The notes below the pieces were generated by a model. That model saw only the letters and a list, made by a program, of their open reading frames with translations, made no database searches and was not told the origin of the DNA. Positions 20,548-30,630 of a DNA stretch of 30,642 bases are shown here, one piece after another. This stretch comes from Rickettsiales bacterium (GTDB lineage: Bacteria; Pseudomonadota; Alphaproteobacteria; Rickettsiales; UBA1997). Location of the stretch: positions 1 to 30,642 of the forward strand of contig CANGQE010000001.1 in the NCBI GenBank assembly GCA_947455845.1, given 5' to 3'. The position numbers and the translations under genes were made by a program. Within the stretch, counting starts at the first letter, position 1. Each line of letters opens with the position of its first letter.

Positions 20548-20629
20548 TTATCAGTTATCAGTTAACAATTAGCAATTAACAGTTGGTTCCAACACCAAAT
20601 GCTAATTGCTAACTGATAATTGTTAATTG
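20548..20629. repeat. Family D: inverted arrays of CA(A/G)TTA(A/G/T) heptamers
   Basis: CAGTTAT-CAGTTAA-CAATTAG-CAATTAA-CAGTTGG ... CTAATTG-CTAACTG-ATAATTG-TTAATTG; second copy at 24196-24268. Confidence 0.85.
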
Positions 20630-21159
20630 ACGTCCGTCATTCTGTACAAAACATGCCTAGACAGCGGATGGTCTAACGCCAATTTCGGATGAAAAAAATC
20701 TCCATTAAAATCACGCTTCATCCCGATCTTTTCCATTACCGCAATGGAGCGCAAATTTTGCGGCACGGTGAAAGAGACAATTTCTTTTAATTGAAAATTT
20801 GTGAAACCAATTTGCAGCACTGTTTTTGCTGCCTCGGTGGCGTATCCTTTACCCCAAGCGTGAGAAGCAAGACGCTAGCCAATTTCAACACAAGGCGTGA
20901 AATTACTTTCGAAGTCGGGAATATTTAATCCAACGAATCCGATCATTTCGGCAGTTTCCTTTACTTCAACCGCCCACAAGCCAAATCCATGTTTTGCAAT
21001 GTGGTCATTGGCTTTGAGGATAAAATTTTGACATTCTTCTAAACTCAATGGCCCACGTAAAAATTCGATTACTTTTTCATCTTGATTGATTGCGGTGAAG
21101 GCTAAGGCGTCATTTCCTTGCCAAGATCTTAAGACTAATCTTTCAGTTGTGATTTGCAT
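20623..21159 (-). pseudogene. RimJ/RimL-type GNAT acetyltransferase interrupted by one in-frame TAG
   Basis: The two track ORFs join in one frame (179 codons): ...PCVEIG*RLASHAWGKGYATEAAK...; TAG at 20877-20875 replaces the conserved Trp of EIGWRL. Confidence 0.85.
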
Positions 21160-21206
21160 TGGTTTGAAGTTATTTAATAAAACTTATTTCTTACCTCGCA
21201 TCACGA

Positions 21207-21288
21207 TGGACCCCGCAGCAAGTGCGGGGTGACAAGTTTAGAGTAGGTACTTTAAGATTTTGTCACCCCGCACTTGCTGCGGGGTCCA
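21207..21288. repeat. Family C inverted-repeat doublet (GTCA ends inward)
   Basis: Perfect 29-bp arms at 21207-21235 and 21260-21288. Confidence 0.95.
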
Positions 21289-21454
21289 CCTCGTCACGCA
21301 GTAAAAACTCAATTAAAAAAACAAATTCTCTACACAGTGTATAAAATTGAATAAATAGGCCCACAAGCAATAGTAGTAAGTCTTACTAGGCTAAATAAAT
21401 TAGCCATTTTAATGCCAAAAATACACTTTTAAGACTCACGTCTTTTTTTAGATT

Positions 21455-22525
21455 TTACCTCTTCCCCACCGCCTCAGCAATATTTTTAAATCCTTCCGCA
21501 GCAACTCTCTTACTCAAATCTTTTTTAATTTTCTCAACCAGTCCAAAACCTTGATAAATAAAGGCGGAATAAATTTGCACCAACGAAGCACCACATTTGA
21601 TTTTTTCGTAAGCATCTGCCGCAGATGAAATACCCCCCACCCCTATTAGAGGAATTTTACCTTCGGTGAATTTGTAGAAATTTTTCAAGGCTTCATTAGA
21701 TTTTCTAAACAATGGAACGCCGCTTAAACCACCGGTTTCAGCACTGTAATGATTCTTTAATTGCGGATCACGATCAATTGTAGTATTGCTGATAATCATG
21801 CCGTCAATGGCGTTTTTAATGACGATTTCGGCAATTTTTTCTTGCTCGCTTAAGGTTAGGTCTGGTGCAACTTTCAATAAAATCGGGGTGTTTTTTTGTG
21901 ATTTATTTTGCAGCTCAACTTTCTTCTTTCTGATCTCGCTTAAAAACAAATCGAGATGATCTTCATTTTGCAAATCACGCAAATTTTTAGTGTTTGGCGA
22001 AGAAATATTCACCGTGATGTACGAGGCTTTTTCGTAAAACTTTTCCAGTAGCGGTAGGTAGTCTAAAAGAGCATCTTCAGTGTCTTTATTCTTGCCGATA
22101 TTAATTGCCAGCGGCACTGCAATTTTTGGCAAAGTTGCGGCAATATTTTGGGCAAAAACTTCTGCTCCGAAATTGTTAAATCCTAAACGATTGATAATTG
22201 CTTCATCTTCAGGAAGGCGAAAAATTCTTGGCTTGCTATTTCCAGCTTGAGCGAGAGGAGTAACTGTTCCGCATTCAACAAAACCAAAACCTAACTTGGA
22301 TAAGGTTCCGGCTATTTCAGCATTCTTATCAAAACCGGCAGCCATGCCGATAGGATTAGTAAAATCAAGGCCCCACAGCTTCGTATGTAAATTATCATAT
22401 TTACGGTTGGCGCATAAAAGAGTGGCCGTTCTGGGGCATAATTTTAGAAAATTTATTGCCTGATTGTGAGCTTTTTCCGGATCAGATTTAAAAATTACCG
22501 GACGTAGAATTTTATAAATACTCAT
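21455..22525 (-). CDS. pyrD: Quinone-dependent dihydroorotate dehydrogenase
   Basis: NPIGMAAGFDKN, GTVTP, INRLGFNN, NISSPNT, KVAPDL, NTTI, GGLSG. Confidence 0.97.
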   Translation of the reverse strand: MSIYKILRPVIFKSDPEKAHNQAINFLKLCPRTATLLCANRKYDNLHTKLWGLDFTNPIGMAAGFDKNAEIAGTLSKLGFGFVECGTVTPLAQAGNSKPRIFRLPEDEAIINRLGFNNFGAEVFAQNIAATLPKIAVPLAINIGKNKDTEDALLDYLPLLEKFYEKASYITVNISSPNTKNLRDLQNEDHLDLFLSEIRKKKVELQNKSQKNTPILLKVAPDLTLSEQEKIAEIVIKNAIDGMIISNTTIDRDPQLKNHYSAETGGLSGVPLFRKSNEALKNFYKFTEGKIPLIGVGGISSAADAYEKIKCGASLVQIYSAFIYQGFGLVEKIKKDLSKRVAAEGFKNIAEAVGKR

Positions 22526-23196
22526 GAGTTTGTCTCTGTTTTTTTGCTGCCTAAAAGCAATAAACTCGTGCTTATGGCAACTATAATTAAAATTACGTCA
22601 GATGAACGTTTTAGTAAAAAATTATCAGATAATTTATCCTTGAGGCGCGCCCTTTTTTTCTCATTGATTTCAAGATCGGTAACGGCTTTATCCGACCAAT
22701 TATCTTCAAACTTTTTCCCCAAATAAAATTTCTTAACTGCAATATGTGCGGGGTGAGATGGTAAAATAATTGGGTTTTTAATTACCTCAACTTGCCTAGT
22801 TGATTTTTTTTCATACACGATTTCCGTAATTTCAGGAATGTTTTTTGTGATTAGAAATAGCCCAAAAAAAACGGTTAAGAACACCAAGCCCATTAGCGGG
22901 AAGAGGGTTAGAGTAATTTTAGAATATTTAGTTTTTATCTCTTCTTTGTTAACTAAATAAATTGGGTTGTAATTGGAAATCAAAAATAAAATCACCATCG
23001 AATAAACGATCAGAGCTAATACGATTTCTTTAAAAGAGTTGTAGTTTGAAATCGACAAACTGAAGAAAAGTACGGCAACTAAATGGGCAATGATTAGGCT
23101 GGTAACAGTGGTGGTGCGGGTTTTGACAGCAAAAAGAATTAGGAAGTTGATGGTGATGAAGGTTAGTAATGTGAAAAATTTAGCGTCGAAAAGCAT
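22522..23196 (-). CDS. Five-TM membrane protein, possibly a highly divergent NuoJ/ND6-like paralog
   Basis: Five hydrophobic segments in 3+1+loop+1 spacing; IVYSMVILFL resembles NuoJ VVYVGAVAVLFL; ATGA overlap with pyrD. The CDS is likely; the family call is tentative. Confidence 0.5.
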   Translation of the reverse strand: MLFDAKFFTLLTFITINFLILFAVKTRTTTVTSLIIAHLVAVLFFSLSISNYNSFKEIVLALIVYSMVILFLISNYNPIYLVNKEEIKTKYSKITLTLFPLMGLVFLTVFFGLFLITKNIPEITEIVYEKKSTRQVEVIKNPIILPSHPAHIAVKKFYLGKKFEDNWSDKAVTDLEINEKKRARLKDKLSDNFLLKRSSDVILIIVAISTSLLLLGSKKTETNS

Positions 23197-23232
23197 TTAA
23201 AAAATGTGGGTGGATTTAAGTCGTTTCTCGCA

Positions 23233-23322
23233 ATAGATCCTGAAACAAGTTCAGGATGACGGAGTTTTTGTAGAGCCTCCTCCCTCCCCATATCGTCATC
23301 CTGAACTTGTTTCAGGATCTAT
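23233..23322. repeat. Family B inverted-repeat doublet
   Basis: Perfect 29-bp arms at 23233-23261 and 23294-23322; 32-bp unique spacer. Confidence 0.95.
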
Positions 23323-23343
23323 CCTCTTCTCAGAGCAAAATTA

Positions 23344-24183
23344 TTAATCCCTCAACAACTCATTAACCGAAGTTTTAGAGCGGGTTTTTTCATCAACTTT
23401 TTTGACAATCACTGCCGCGTAAAGCGAAACATTTTTGTCGCCTTTGCTTGAAGCAATATTTCCGGGAACTACTACTGAATAAGCTGGGACGCGACCATAA
23501 AAAATTTCACCGGTCTCACGATCAATAATTTTGGTTGAAGATCCGATGTAAACTCCCATTGAGATTACCGAACCTTTTTCAACAATTACACCTTCGGCAA
23601 TTTCACTGCGTGCACCGATAAAACAATCATCTTCAATAATTACCGGATTGGCTTGTAAAGGCTCGAGAACTCCACCGATTCCGGCTCCACCGGAGATGTG
23701 GCAATTTTTACCGATCTGAGCGCAAGAACCCACAGTTGCCCAAGTATCAATCATTGTACCTTCGTCAACATAAGCGCCGAGATTTACAAAAGATGGTAGT
23801 AAAACTACGTTTTTAGCAATGAAGGCTGAGTGACGCACAACCGCTCCGGCAACAGCGCGGAAGCCAGCTTTGCGAAAATCTTCATCAGTCCAATTGGCAA
23901 ATTTTAAAGGCACTTTATCAAAATAACTAAGAGCGTTGCCAGTAACAGATTGCTGCTTACTCAAGAAATTATCGTTAAGCCTAAAAGAGAGTAAAATCGC
24001 TTTTTTGATCCATTGATTAACTTGCCAAACATTATCTTTTTTCTCACAGATTCTGATTTGACCCGCATCAAGCATAGCCAATGTTTGGTTAACTGCATCG
24101 CGTACTTCACCTTGAGTAGCTAAATTAATTTCCGCTCTTTTTTCAAAAGCATTTTCGATGATTTGGGAGATGTTGTTTGTCAT
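23344..24183 (-). CDS. dapD: Tetrahydrodipicolinate N-succinyltransferase
   Basis: [47 protein letters not shown]. Confidence 0.97.
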   Translation of the reverse strand: MTNNISQIIENAFEKRAEINLATQGEVRDAVNQTLAMLDAGQIRICEKKDNVWQVNQWIKKAILLSFRLNDNFLSKQQSVTGNALSYFDKVPLKFANWTDEDFRKAGFRAVAGAVVRHSAFIAKNVVLLPSFVNLGAYVDEGTMIDTWATVGSCAQIGKNCHISGGAGIGGVLEPLQANPVIIEDDCFIGARSEIAEGVIVEKGSVISMGVYIGSSTKIIDRETGEIFYGRVPAYSVVVPGNIASSKGDKNVSLYAAVIVKKVDEKTRSKTSVNELLRD

Positions 24184-24195
24184 GATTTAAATGAA

Positions 24196-24268
24196 GTTAT
24201 CAATTAACAATTAGCAATTAACAGTTGGTTGAACAAATGTTAATTGCTAACTGATAATTGTTGAATTG
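24196..24268. repeat. Family D heptamer inverted array, second copy
   Basis: CAATTAA-CAATTAG-CAATTAA-CAGTTGG ... TTAATTG-CTAACTG-ATAATTG; fills the hemY-dapD gap. Confidence 0.85.
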
Positions 24269-24272
24269 CTTG

Positions 24273-25583
24273 TTAGTTATTCCATTCCAGCGAATCGTAA
24301 GAACCGCAAGAGTTACATTTCGCACTCCATTTCGAGCTTAGATGTCCGCAGCTATTACAAAGATAATGGTCATCTTTGCTCAGCATTTCCGAAGTTGCGA
24401 TATTCTTTTTAAATTCCTCAACGTTACCTAAAGCCTTTTCCGTAAAGGCCAAAAGCCGGTAAGCGCGGTAAGTTTTTTGACGCAAAAGAGATGAATTTAG
24501 AAATTCTTTCGCTTCCCTGTAAGATCCCACTCTAAAGGCCACTAACCCAAGAGCGACCTTCCCCAAAGGAGACTCACTATTAAGGTCAGAAAGCTTTTTC
24601 ATCGCCTTGATACGATCTTTGGCGCTGCCTTTACGATTAGTAAGATCAAAAATTTCTGCCAAGATCAAATGCGGATTAGCGCGCCACAAATTCTTAATTC
24701 TCCAATTTGTTTTAAAAGAGAATCCTAACTTCAACCAAGATTTTAACATTATTTCCAATGCCGGTAGAAAATCATTTTCAGCCTTTAGAGCAATTTTAGC
24801 GTATCTGATTGCCTGTAAGAATTTCTTTTGCTGATAAGCTTCAAGACCCAAAGCTGAATTGATTACAGCTACGTCTCTTTTTTGCAGATCATCTTTAAAC
24901 TGATCCGATCCATATTCAGCAATTAGACTCTTCGCTTCTTGCCACATACCGCGTTTTTTATAAAGAGCGAAAAGAGTTTGAGCAGTTTCAAAGATACCAT
25001 GTTTTAGGGCCAATATTTGCTTAGCGTAAGCAATCGCTTTAGCCTCATCATCATTTTGCATTGCCAGCTTTAATTTTGATTTCAGCACTAAAATTTTGGC
25101 ATGCTTATTGTCACCAAATTTGGCGAAGAGCTCGGCAGACTCAGAAAAATCTCCCTTCTCAAAAGCGATCTTGCCGAGAAAGAACTGATTCAGTGGTTGG
25201 TTCTTAATTAATTTAGAAAATTTTTTCTGCAAATCTCGCGATGATTTTTCATCACGCACTTCCAAAGACAACATAAGATCAGCCATTACGTCAAAAGCCT
25301 TGCTATGCCTTTGCAACAGCTTTTCCAAAAGTCTGGTGTAATTTTTTTTGAAAAATAACTTAAGCAAATTGGGAAATTTTATCGCCAGAATTCGCGCCAA
25401 TAAATAAGATACCGAGCAAGCCAAAACTGTGAAAAAAATTGCCAATAAAAATGCGGTTAAAATATCAGTTTGCGCCTGATATCCTAGCCAAGTAATAACC
25501 ACATCTCCATTGTGATCCAGCATCCAAACTAGTGAGGTGGCGAGAGCAAAAGTAACTAGTAAAAACCACAAAATTGTGAACAT
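24273..25583 (-). CDS. hemY: HemY_N-domain/TPR membrane protein with C-terminal zinc ribbon (alphaproteobacterial HemY-like)
   Basis: Two N-terminal TM helices with GDVVITWLGY, helical repeats, terminal CxxC...CxxC; gene order after hemD and the mitofilin-like gene. Confidence 0.75.
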   Translation of the reverse strand: MFTILWFLLVTFALATSLVWMLDHNGDVVITWLGYQAQTDILTAFLLAIFFTVLACSVSYLLARILAIKFPNLLKLFFKKNYTRLLEKLLQRHSKAFDVMADLMLSLEVRDEKSSRDLQKKFSKLIKNQPLNQFFLGKIAFEKGDFSESAELFAKFGDNKHAKILVLKSKLKLAMQNDDEAKAIAYAKQILALKHGIFETAQTLFALYKKRGMWQEAKSLIAEYGSDQFKDDLQKRDVAVINSALGLEAYQQKKFLQAIRYAKIALKAENDFLPALEIMLKSWLKLGFSFKTNWRIKNLWRANPHLILAEIFDLTNRKGSAKDRIKAMKKLSDLNSESPLGKVALGLVAFRVGSYREAKEFLNSSLLRQKTYRAYRLLAFTEKALGNVEEFKKNIATSEMLSKDDHYLCNSCGHLSSKWSAKCNSCGSYDSLEWNN

Positions 25584-25584
25584 A

Positions 25585-26487
25585 TTAACTTAGACTTTTT
25601 AGGTAATTGAAAATTTCCTGATCCAGTTTTTGCACTTCGGAAGCCACACTTAAATCATCCAGAAATTTTGCTAAAATTTGGTGATAATTTTGATCGAGAG
25701 TAAGAATTGACGTCAAAGCTTCACGATAATTTTCTTCCCGCAACAATCGTTCGGTCTTAGCAATCACGCCATCCACATCAGCAGAACTTTCATCACTAAT
25801 TTTGCGAATAACTACCAATCGAGAAATATTATGACGGATTTTTGCCAATATTCCTGAATCAGAATTGCCATTTTTTGCCACGATAAGATCGGGAATCAAA
25901 GCGGAAAAATCTTTTGTGAGATTTTTCTTACCGGAAAAGTTAGGTAATAATGGGGTTAATTTAGCAACCTTGTCTTGCAGATTTGCATCAAAGGAGCTTA
26001 GTAACTCAAAGTTTTTTAAGGCTTCGTCGTAAGATTCATCAGCATAAATTTTTTGCCGCAAATCAACATAAGTAAAAATTAATTTACTGACCTTTTCCTG
26101 ATTTTTATATTTAATGAATTCTTCTCTTAACTCTTGAGCCTGACTCTTCAAATCATTAATCTGCACCTGATTTTTTAACAACATTTGGTAAATAAATTCC
26201 GCACCTTTTTCTTTGAGCTCATTAACACTCAGATCCATCAAAGCATGGGAATTATCCTCGGCACCATTGTGATCCGGCGAGAGATCGAAAATTTCACTAT
26301 CGACATTATCAAATTTTTCAACTTCAGCTTTTGCTGCCACCTCTTGGCGCACCTTGGTTTTCCAATATTTCAATCCGAAATATCCAAAAATAACTAGCGA
26401 GACCAGAATAACAAATTTAGTCAGAAAGTTTTGCTTTTTCTTAACGGCGTCATCTTTTTTATTTAAAACATCCGAGCTTTCAGTCAT
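25585..26487 (-). CDS. Mitofilin-domain (alphaMic60/COG4223-like) membrane protein
   Basis: N-terminal TM, coiled coil, C-terminal ISRLVVIRK...GVIAKTERLLREENYREAL; located between hemD and hemY. Confidence 0.65.
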   Translation of the reverse strand: MTESSDVLNKKDDAVKKKQNFLTKFVILVSLVIFGYFGLKYWKTKVRQEVAAKAEVEKFDNVDSEIFDLSPDHNGAEDNSHALMDLSVNELKEKGAEFIYQMLLKNQVQINDLKSQAQELREEFIKYKNQEKVSKLIFTYVDLRQKIYADESYDEALKNFELLSSFDANLQDKVAKLTPLLPNFSGKKNLTKDFSALIPDLIVAKNGNSDSGILAKIRHNISRLVVIRKISDESSADVDGVIAKTERLLREENYREALTSILTLDQNYHQILAKFLDDLSVASEVQKLDQEIFNYLKSLS

Positions 26488-27178
26488 AAAAATTTTTTAA
26501 AATTGGAGATTCTTTAAAAGTTGTAGAATTGGTAAATCCAAAATTTTTTACATCATGAAGAATTTTATCACTCAAACACAATAGTTGCGAGCTCTTGAAA
26601 TATTCAAGCATATTGTGCTTGGTGGCCAATTTAAAAAAAATTTTGGCGCTGTTTTGCGAGAAAATTAAAACCTGATCAAAGTGATTATTTTGAGAAAATT
26701 GCAAAAACTGCGGAGATAAATTTTCTACTTCATGAGTTTGGTAACAAGGAATATTTTGTACTTTAAAATCAGATTTTTCTAACTCACTTTTAAAGTCTAA
26801 GCTAATGATTGAGCCGTGAAAATTAAGGATTAGTCCCAATTTATCTTGAGTCTCTAAGATTAAATTTTTCAAAGAATTTGCCGAATTTGCCGGCGCTAAA
26901 ATGATATTTTTAAATCCATTTTCTAACAAACTTTGTGCAGTTTTTTTCCCTACTGCAAAAATTTTAATATTTTTGGGCAGGCCAGAATTAATAATTGCGT
27001 CGCAAGCATTTAAACTCGCAATAATTACGGCAGAAATTTGTGGTAAAATAATCTTGCTAACATCAATTTTTTGCACTGAAAAAAGCGGCTCAATAAATAC
27101 CCCAAAACCTTTGTCTTCAAAGACTTTGGCAATTTCTTGAGCACGATCTTGCGGCCTAGTTATCAGGACATTTTTCAT
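26480..27178 (-). CDS. hemD: Uroporphyrinogen-III synthase
   Basis: VLITRPQ start, IIASLNA, FAVGKKTA, CYQT, IFSQNSA. Confidence 0.88.
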   Translation of the reverse strand: MKNVLITRPQDRAQEIAKVFEDKGFGVFIEPLFSVQKIDVSKIILPQISAVIIASLNACDAIINSGLPKNIKIFAVGKKTAQSLLENGFKNIILAPANSANSLKNLILETQDKLGLILNFHGSIISLDFKSELEKSDFKVQNIPCYQTHEVENLSPQFLQFSQNNHFDQVLIFSQNSAKIFFKLATKHNMLEYFKSSQLLCLSDKILHDVKNFGFTNSTTFKESPILKNFYD

Positions 27179-27271
27179 TAATTGATTGCCAAGTTAAAAT
27201 TAAAATTTACTTTGCGCCACCTCGCACCTTTTGACACCAGAACAATTTCAATTTCAAAATCATAACTGCAA

Positions 27272-28459
27272 ATGAATATTCACGAATATCAGGCTAAAAG
27301 TCTGTTGAAAAAATTTGGCGTTGCCGTACCTGAAGGACACGCAGCATTTTCGGTTCCAGAAGCCGTCGAAGCCGCAAAAGCATTGGAAGCAGACGGAAAT
27401 AAAGTTTTCGTTGTAAAAGCCCAAATCCACGCCGGTGGACGTGGTAAAGCTGGCGGCGTTAAAGTTGTAAAATCAGTTGAAGATGTAAAAGAAAAAGCCT
27501 TTCAAATTTTAGGAATGACCTTGGTCACCCCTCAAACAGGCTCCGAAGGAAAAGTTGTTAGAAGACTTTACATCGAAGCTGGATCTAACATTAAAAAAGA
27601 ATACTATTTGTCAGCAGTTGTTGATCGCAAAAACAAAGCCATCGTTTTCATGGCTTCAACTGAAGGTGGTGTTGAAATTGAAGAAGTGGCAGAACACAGC
27701 CCAGAAAAAATCATTTCAGTTGTAATTGACATTGCTACCGGAATTCAAGGTTGCCACGCTCGTAAATTAGGCTTCGCTTTAGGATTTAAAGGCGAAACTT
27801 TAAAAAAATTCTCTAAATTAGTTTTCTCCCTTTACAAAGCTTTCAACGAAACTGATGCCTCACAAGTTGAGATCAATCCTCTAGTTGAAACTGCTGAAGG
27901 CGATATCATCGCATTAGATGCTAAAATTAATTTCGACGACAACGCTTTGCACCGTCATGATGACATCAAAGAATTGCGCGACTTAGATGAAGAAGAGCCT
28001 CTTGAAATCGAAGCTTCAAAATATGATCTAAGCTACATTAAAATGGACGGTAAAATCGGTTGCATGGTTAACGGCGCCGGTCTTGCAATGGCCACAATGG
28101 ACATCATTCAACTTTACGGCTCTTCTCCAGCTAACTTCCTAGACGTTGGCGGCGGAGCTACTCGTGAAAAAGTTACCGCAGCTTTTAAAATCATTCTTTC
28201 TGATCCGAATGTTAAAGGGATCTTGGTTAACATCTTCGGCGGCATCATGCGTTGCGATATCATCGCTAACGGCATTATTGAAGCGGCAAAAGAAGTTCAT
28301 TTAAGCGTTCCTCTAGTGGTTCGTTTAGAAGGAACTAACGTTGAACTTGGTAAAGAAATTATTGCCAAATCTGGTCTAGCTGTAATTTCAGCTGACGACT
28401 TAGCCGACGCCGCTGCCAAAATTGTTAAAGCAGTTAAAGACGCCGAACTTTCAAATTAA
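27272..28459 (+). CDS. sucC: Succinyl-CoA synthetase beta subunit
   Basis: [46 protein letters not shown]. Confidence 0.98.
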   Translation: MNIHEYQAKSLLKKFGVAVPEGHAAFSVPEAVEAAKALEADGNKVFVVKAQIHAGGRGKAGGVKVVKSVEDVKEKAFQILGMTLVTPQTGSEGKVVRRLYIEAGSNIKKEYYLSAVVDRKNKAIVFMASTEGGVEIEEVAEHSPEKIISVVIDIATGIQGCHARKLGFALGFKGETLKKFSKLVFSLYKAFNETDASQVEINPLVETAEGDIIALDAKINFDDNALHRHDDIKELRDLDEEEPLEIEASKYDLSYIKMDGKIGCMVNGAGLAMATMDIIQLYGSSPANFLDVGGGATREKVTAAFKIILSDPNVKGILVNIFGGIMRCDIIANGIIEAAKEVHLSVPLVVRLEGTNVELGKEIIAKSGLAVISADDLADAAAKIVKAVKDAELSN

Positions 28460-28471
28460 TTTTTTAAAAAA

Positions 28472-29356
28472 ATGTCAGTTTTAGTTAATAAAAATACCAA
28501 ACTTATCTGCCAAGGCTTCACCGGAGCTCAAGGTACTTTCCACTCTGAACAAGCAATTGCTTACGGAACTAACATGGTTGGCGGAGTTACACCGGGAAAA
28601 GGTGGATCTACTCACCTAGCTCTACCGGTTTTCGACACCGTATTTGACGCTAGAAAAAAGACTGACGCTAATGCATCAGTAATCTACGTTCCACCTCCAT
28701 TCGCTGCTGATGCTATTATTGAAGCTATCGAAGCTGAAATTGAATTGATCGTTTGCATCACTGAAGGCATCCCTGTTCTTGACATGGTTAAAGTTAGAAA
28801 AGCTTTAAGCGGTTCAAAATCAAGACTAGTTGGCCCTAACTGTCCGGGTGTTATCACTCCGGGTGAATGCAAAATCGGCATCATGCCGGGTCACATTCAC
28901 AGAAAAGGTTCTATCGGAATTGTTTCTCGTTCAGGAACTTTAACTTACGAAGCCGTTCATCAAACTACTCGCGCCGGATTAGGCCAAAGTACTTGTATCG
29001 GTATTGGTGGCGATCCTGTTAACGGAACCAACTTTATTGATTGCTTAGACCTATTCTTGTCTGACCCTGAAACTCAAGCCATGATCATGATTGGCGAAAT
29101 CGGTGGATCTGACGAAGAAGAAGCTGCAGAATTCTTGAAAGCCGAAGCTAAAAAAGGCCGCTTCAAACCAACAGTAGGTTTCATCGCTGGCCGCACTGCT
29201 CCTGAAGGACGCAGAATGGGTCACGCCGGTGCGATTATTTCTGGTGGTAAAGGTGGAGCTGAAGGCAAAATTGATGCCATGAAATCAGCAGGAATCTCTG
29301 TTGCTGATAGTCCAGCATCTCTTGGCAAAACTATGGTTGAGCTACTTAAAAAATAA
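28472..29356 (+). CDS. sucD: Succinyl-CoA synthetase alpha subunit
   Basis: [20 protein letters not shown], phospho-His motif RMGHAGA. Confidence 0.98.
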   Translation: MSVLVNKNTKLICQGFTGAQGTFHSEQAIAYGTNMVGGVTPGKGGSTHLALPVFDTVFDARKKTDANASVIYVPPPFAADAIIEAIEAEIELIVCITEGIPVLDMVKVRKALSGSKSRLVGPNCPGVITPGECKIGIMPGHIHRKGSIGIVSRSGTLTYEAVHQTTRAGLGQSTCIGIGGDPVNGTNFIDCLDLFLSDPETQAMIMIGEIGGSDEEEAAEFLKAEAKKGRFKPTVGFIAGRTAPEGRRMGHAGAIISGGKGGAEGKIDAMKSAGISVADSPASLGKTMVELLKK

Positions 29357-29368
29357 TTTTTAAAATTC

Positions 29369-29421
29369 ACTCGTGACGAGGTGGACCCCGCACTTGCTGC
29401 AGGGTCCACCTCGTCACGAGT
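29369..29421. repeat. Collapsed family C doublet forming a single long hairpin (possible terminator after sucD)
   Basis: 20-bp perfect stem at 29369-29388/29402-29421 around CGCACTTGCTGCA; right flank identical to 21282-21298. Confidence 0.88.
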
Positions 29422-29517
29422 ACTATGTAACTTTCTAAATCACCACCCTCCTCAAAAAGGAGTTAACAACCAAGTCCACCAACAATTAAATACTAAACCA
29501 CGAATAGGAGAAACCAC

Positions 29518-30576
29518 ATGAACGATCGCAAAAAAGCCTTAGACGCAGCATTAGCCCAAATCGACAAAGAATTCGGTAAAGGCTCAGCCATGAAATATGG
29601 TTCAAAACCCGTAACCGACATCGAAGTAATCCCAAGCGGATCTTTATCTTTAGATATCGCCCTTGGAGTTGGCGGTTACCCGCGCGGCAGAATCATCGAA
29701 ATTTACGGACCTGAATCTTCAGGTAAAACCACTCTAACTTTGCATGCCATTGCCGAAGCCCAAAAGGCCGGCCTTTCTTGCGCCTTCATTGACGCCGAAC
29801 ATGCTTTCGACCCTGCTTACGCCAAAAATCTTGGCATTAATTTGGAAGAATTAATCATTTCTCAACCTGACAATGGCGAAGCTGCTCTTGAAATTGGCGA
29901 CACTTTAATTCGCTCCGGCGCAGTTGATTTAGTTGTTGTTGACTCAGTTGCTGCACTAGTTCCACAAGTTGAATTAGAAGGCGGCATGGGCGACAATCAA
30001 ATGGGTTTACAAGCTCGTTTAATGAGCAAGGCTTTAAGAAAATTAACTGCCACAGTTTCCAAAACTAACTCGACCATCATTTTCATTAATCAAATCAGAA
30101 TGAAAATCGGTGTAATGTTTGGTTCTCCTGAAACTACATCAGGCGGCAATTCATTAAAATTCTACGCCTCAGTAAGATTAGACATTCGCAGAGGTACTGC
30201 AATTAAAGACCAAGAAGAAGTTCTTGGAAATGAAACCAAAGTTAAAGTTGTAAAAAACAAAGTTGCTCCACCTTTCAAAACCGCAGATTTCGAAATTATC
30301 TACGGCGAAGGTGTTTCTCGCATCGGTGAAATTATTGAACTTGCTGTTAAGCATGAAGTTCTTGAAAAGTCGGGTTCTTGGTACGCTTACAAAGGTGCTA
30401 AAATCGGTCAGGGTAAAGAGAATACTAAAAATTACTTGAAAGAAAATCCTAAAGTTGCGGAAGAAATTGAAAATCTAGTTCGCGAAAAACTTGGCGTTGC
30501 TAAACAAAAAAAATCTGCTGGAAAAGTTGAAGATACATCAACTGAAGTAGCGGATAAAAAACGTAAGGCCGAATAA
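29518..30576 (+). CDS. recA: Recombinase RecA
   Basis: [38 protein letters not shown]; AGGAG SD upstream. Confidence 0.98.
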   Translation: MNDRKKALDAALAQIDKEFGKGSAMKYGSKPVTDIEVIPSGSLSLDIALGVGGYPRGRIIEIYGPESSGKTTLTLHAIAEAQKAGLSCAFIDAEHAFDPAYAKNLGINLEELIISQPDNGEAALEIGDTLIRSGAVDLVVVDSVAALVPQVELEGGMGDNQMGLQARLMSKALRKLTATVSKTNSTIIFINQIRMKIGVMFGSPETTSGGNSLKFYASVRLDIRRGTAIKDQEEVLGNETKVKVVKNKVAPPFKTADFEIIYGEGVSRIGEIIELAVKHEVLEKSGSWYAYKGAKIGQGKENTKNYLKENPKVAEEIENLVREKLGVAKQKKSAGKVEDTSTEVADKKRKAE

Positions 30577-30602
30577 CAATTCTACTTGTCATACTTCCCA
30601 CA

Positions 30603-30630
30603 AATCCGCTGGTCGAGCGGAGTCGAGACC
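30603..30630. repeat. Family E hairpin repeat (may continue beyond the window)
   Basis: AATCCGCTGGTCGAGCGGAGTCGAGACC; 16-bp identity with 18612-18627. Confidence 0.55.

Noticed and set aside
20875-20877. Genetic-code reassignment of TAG
   Set aside because: TAG acts as a normal stop for msrB, recQ, hslU and the oxygenase; there is only one in-frame case.
21301-21454. Possible small hydrophobic ORFs between pyrD and the family C repeat
   Set aside because: The hydrophobic frame has no start and is preceded by stops; the only ATG frame is 25 codons with no support.
29436-29462. Degenerate family A remnant (TAAATCACC-ACCCTC...) before recA
   Set aside because: Too short and diverged to distinguish from chance.
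29357-29517. LexA/SOS box upstream of recA
   Set aside because: No GAAC-N7-GAAC or GTTC-N7-GTTC motif is present in the intergenic region.
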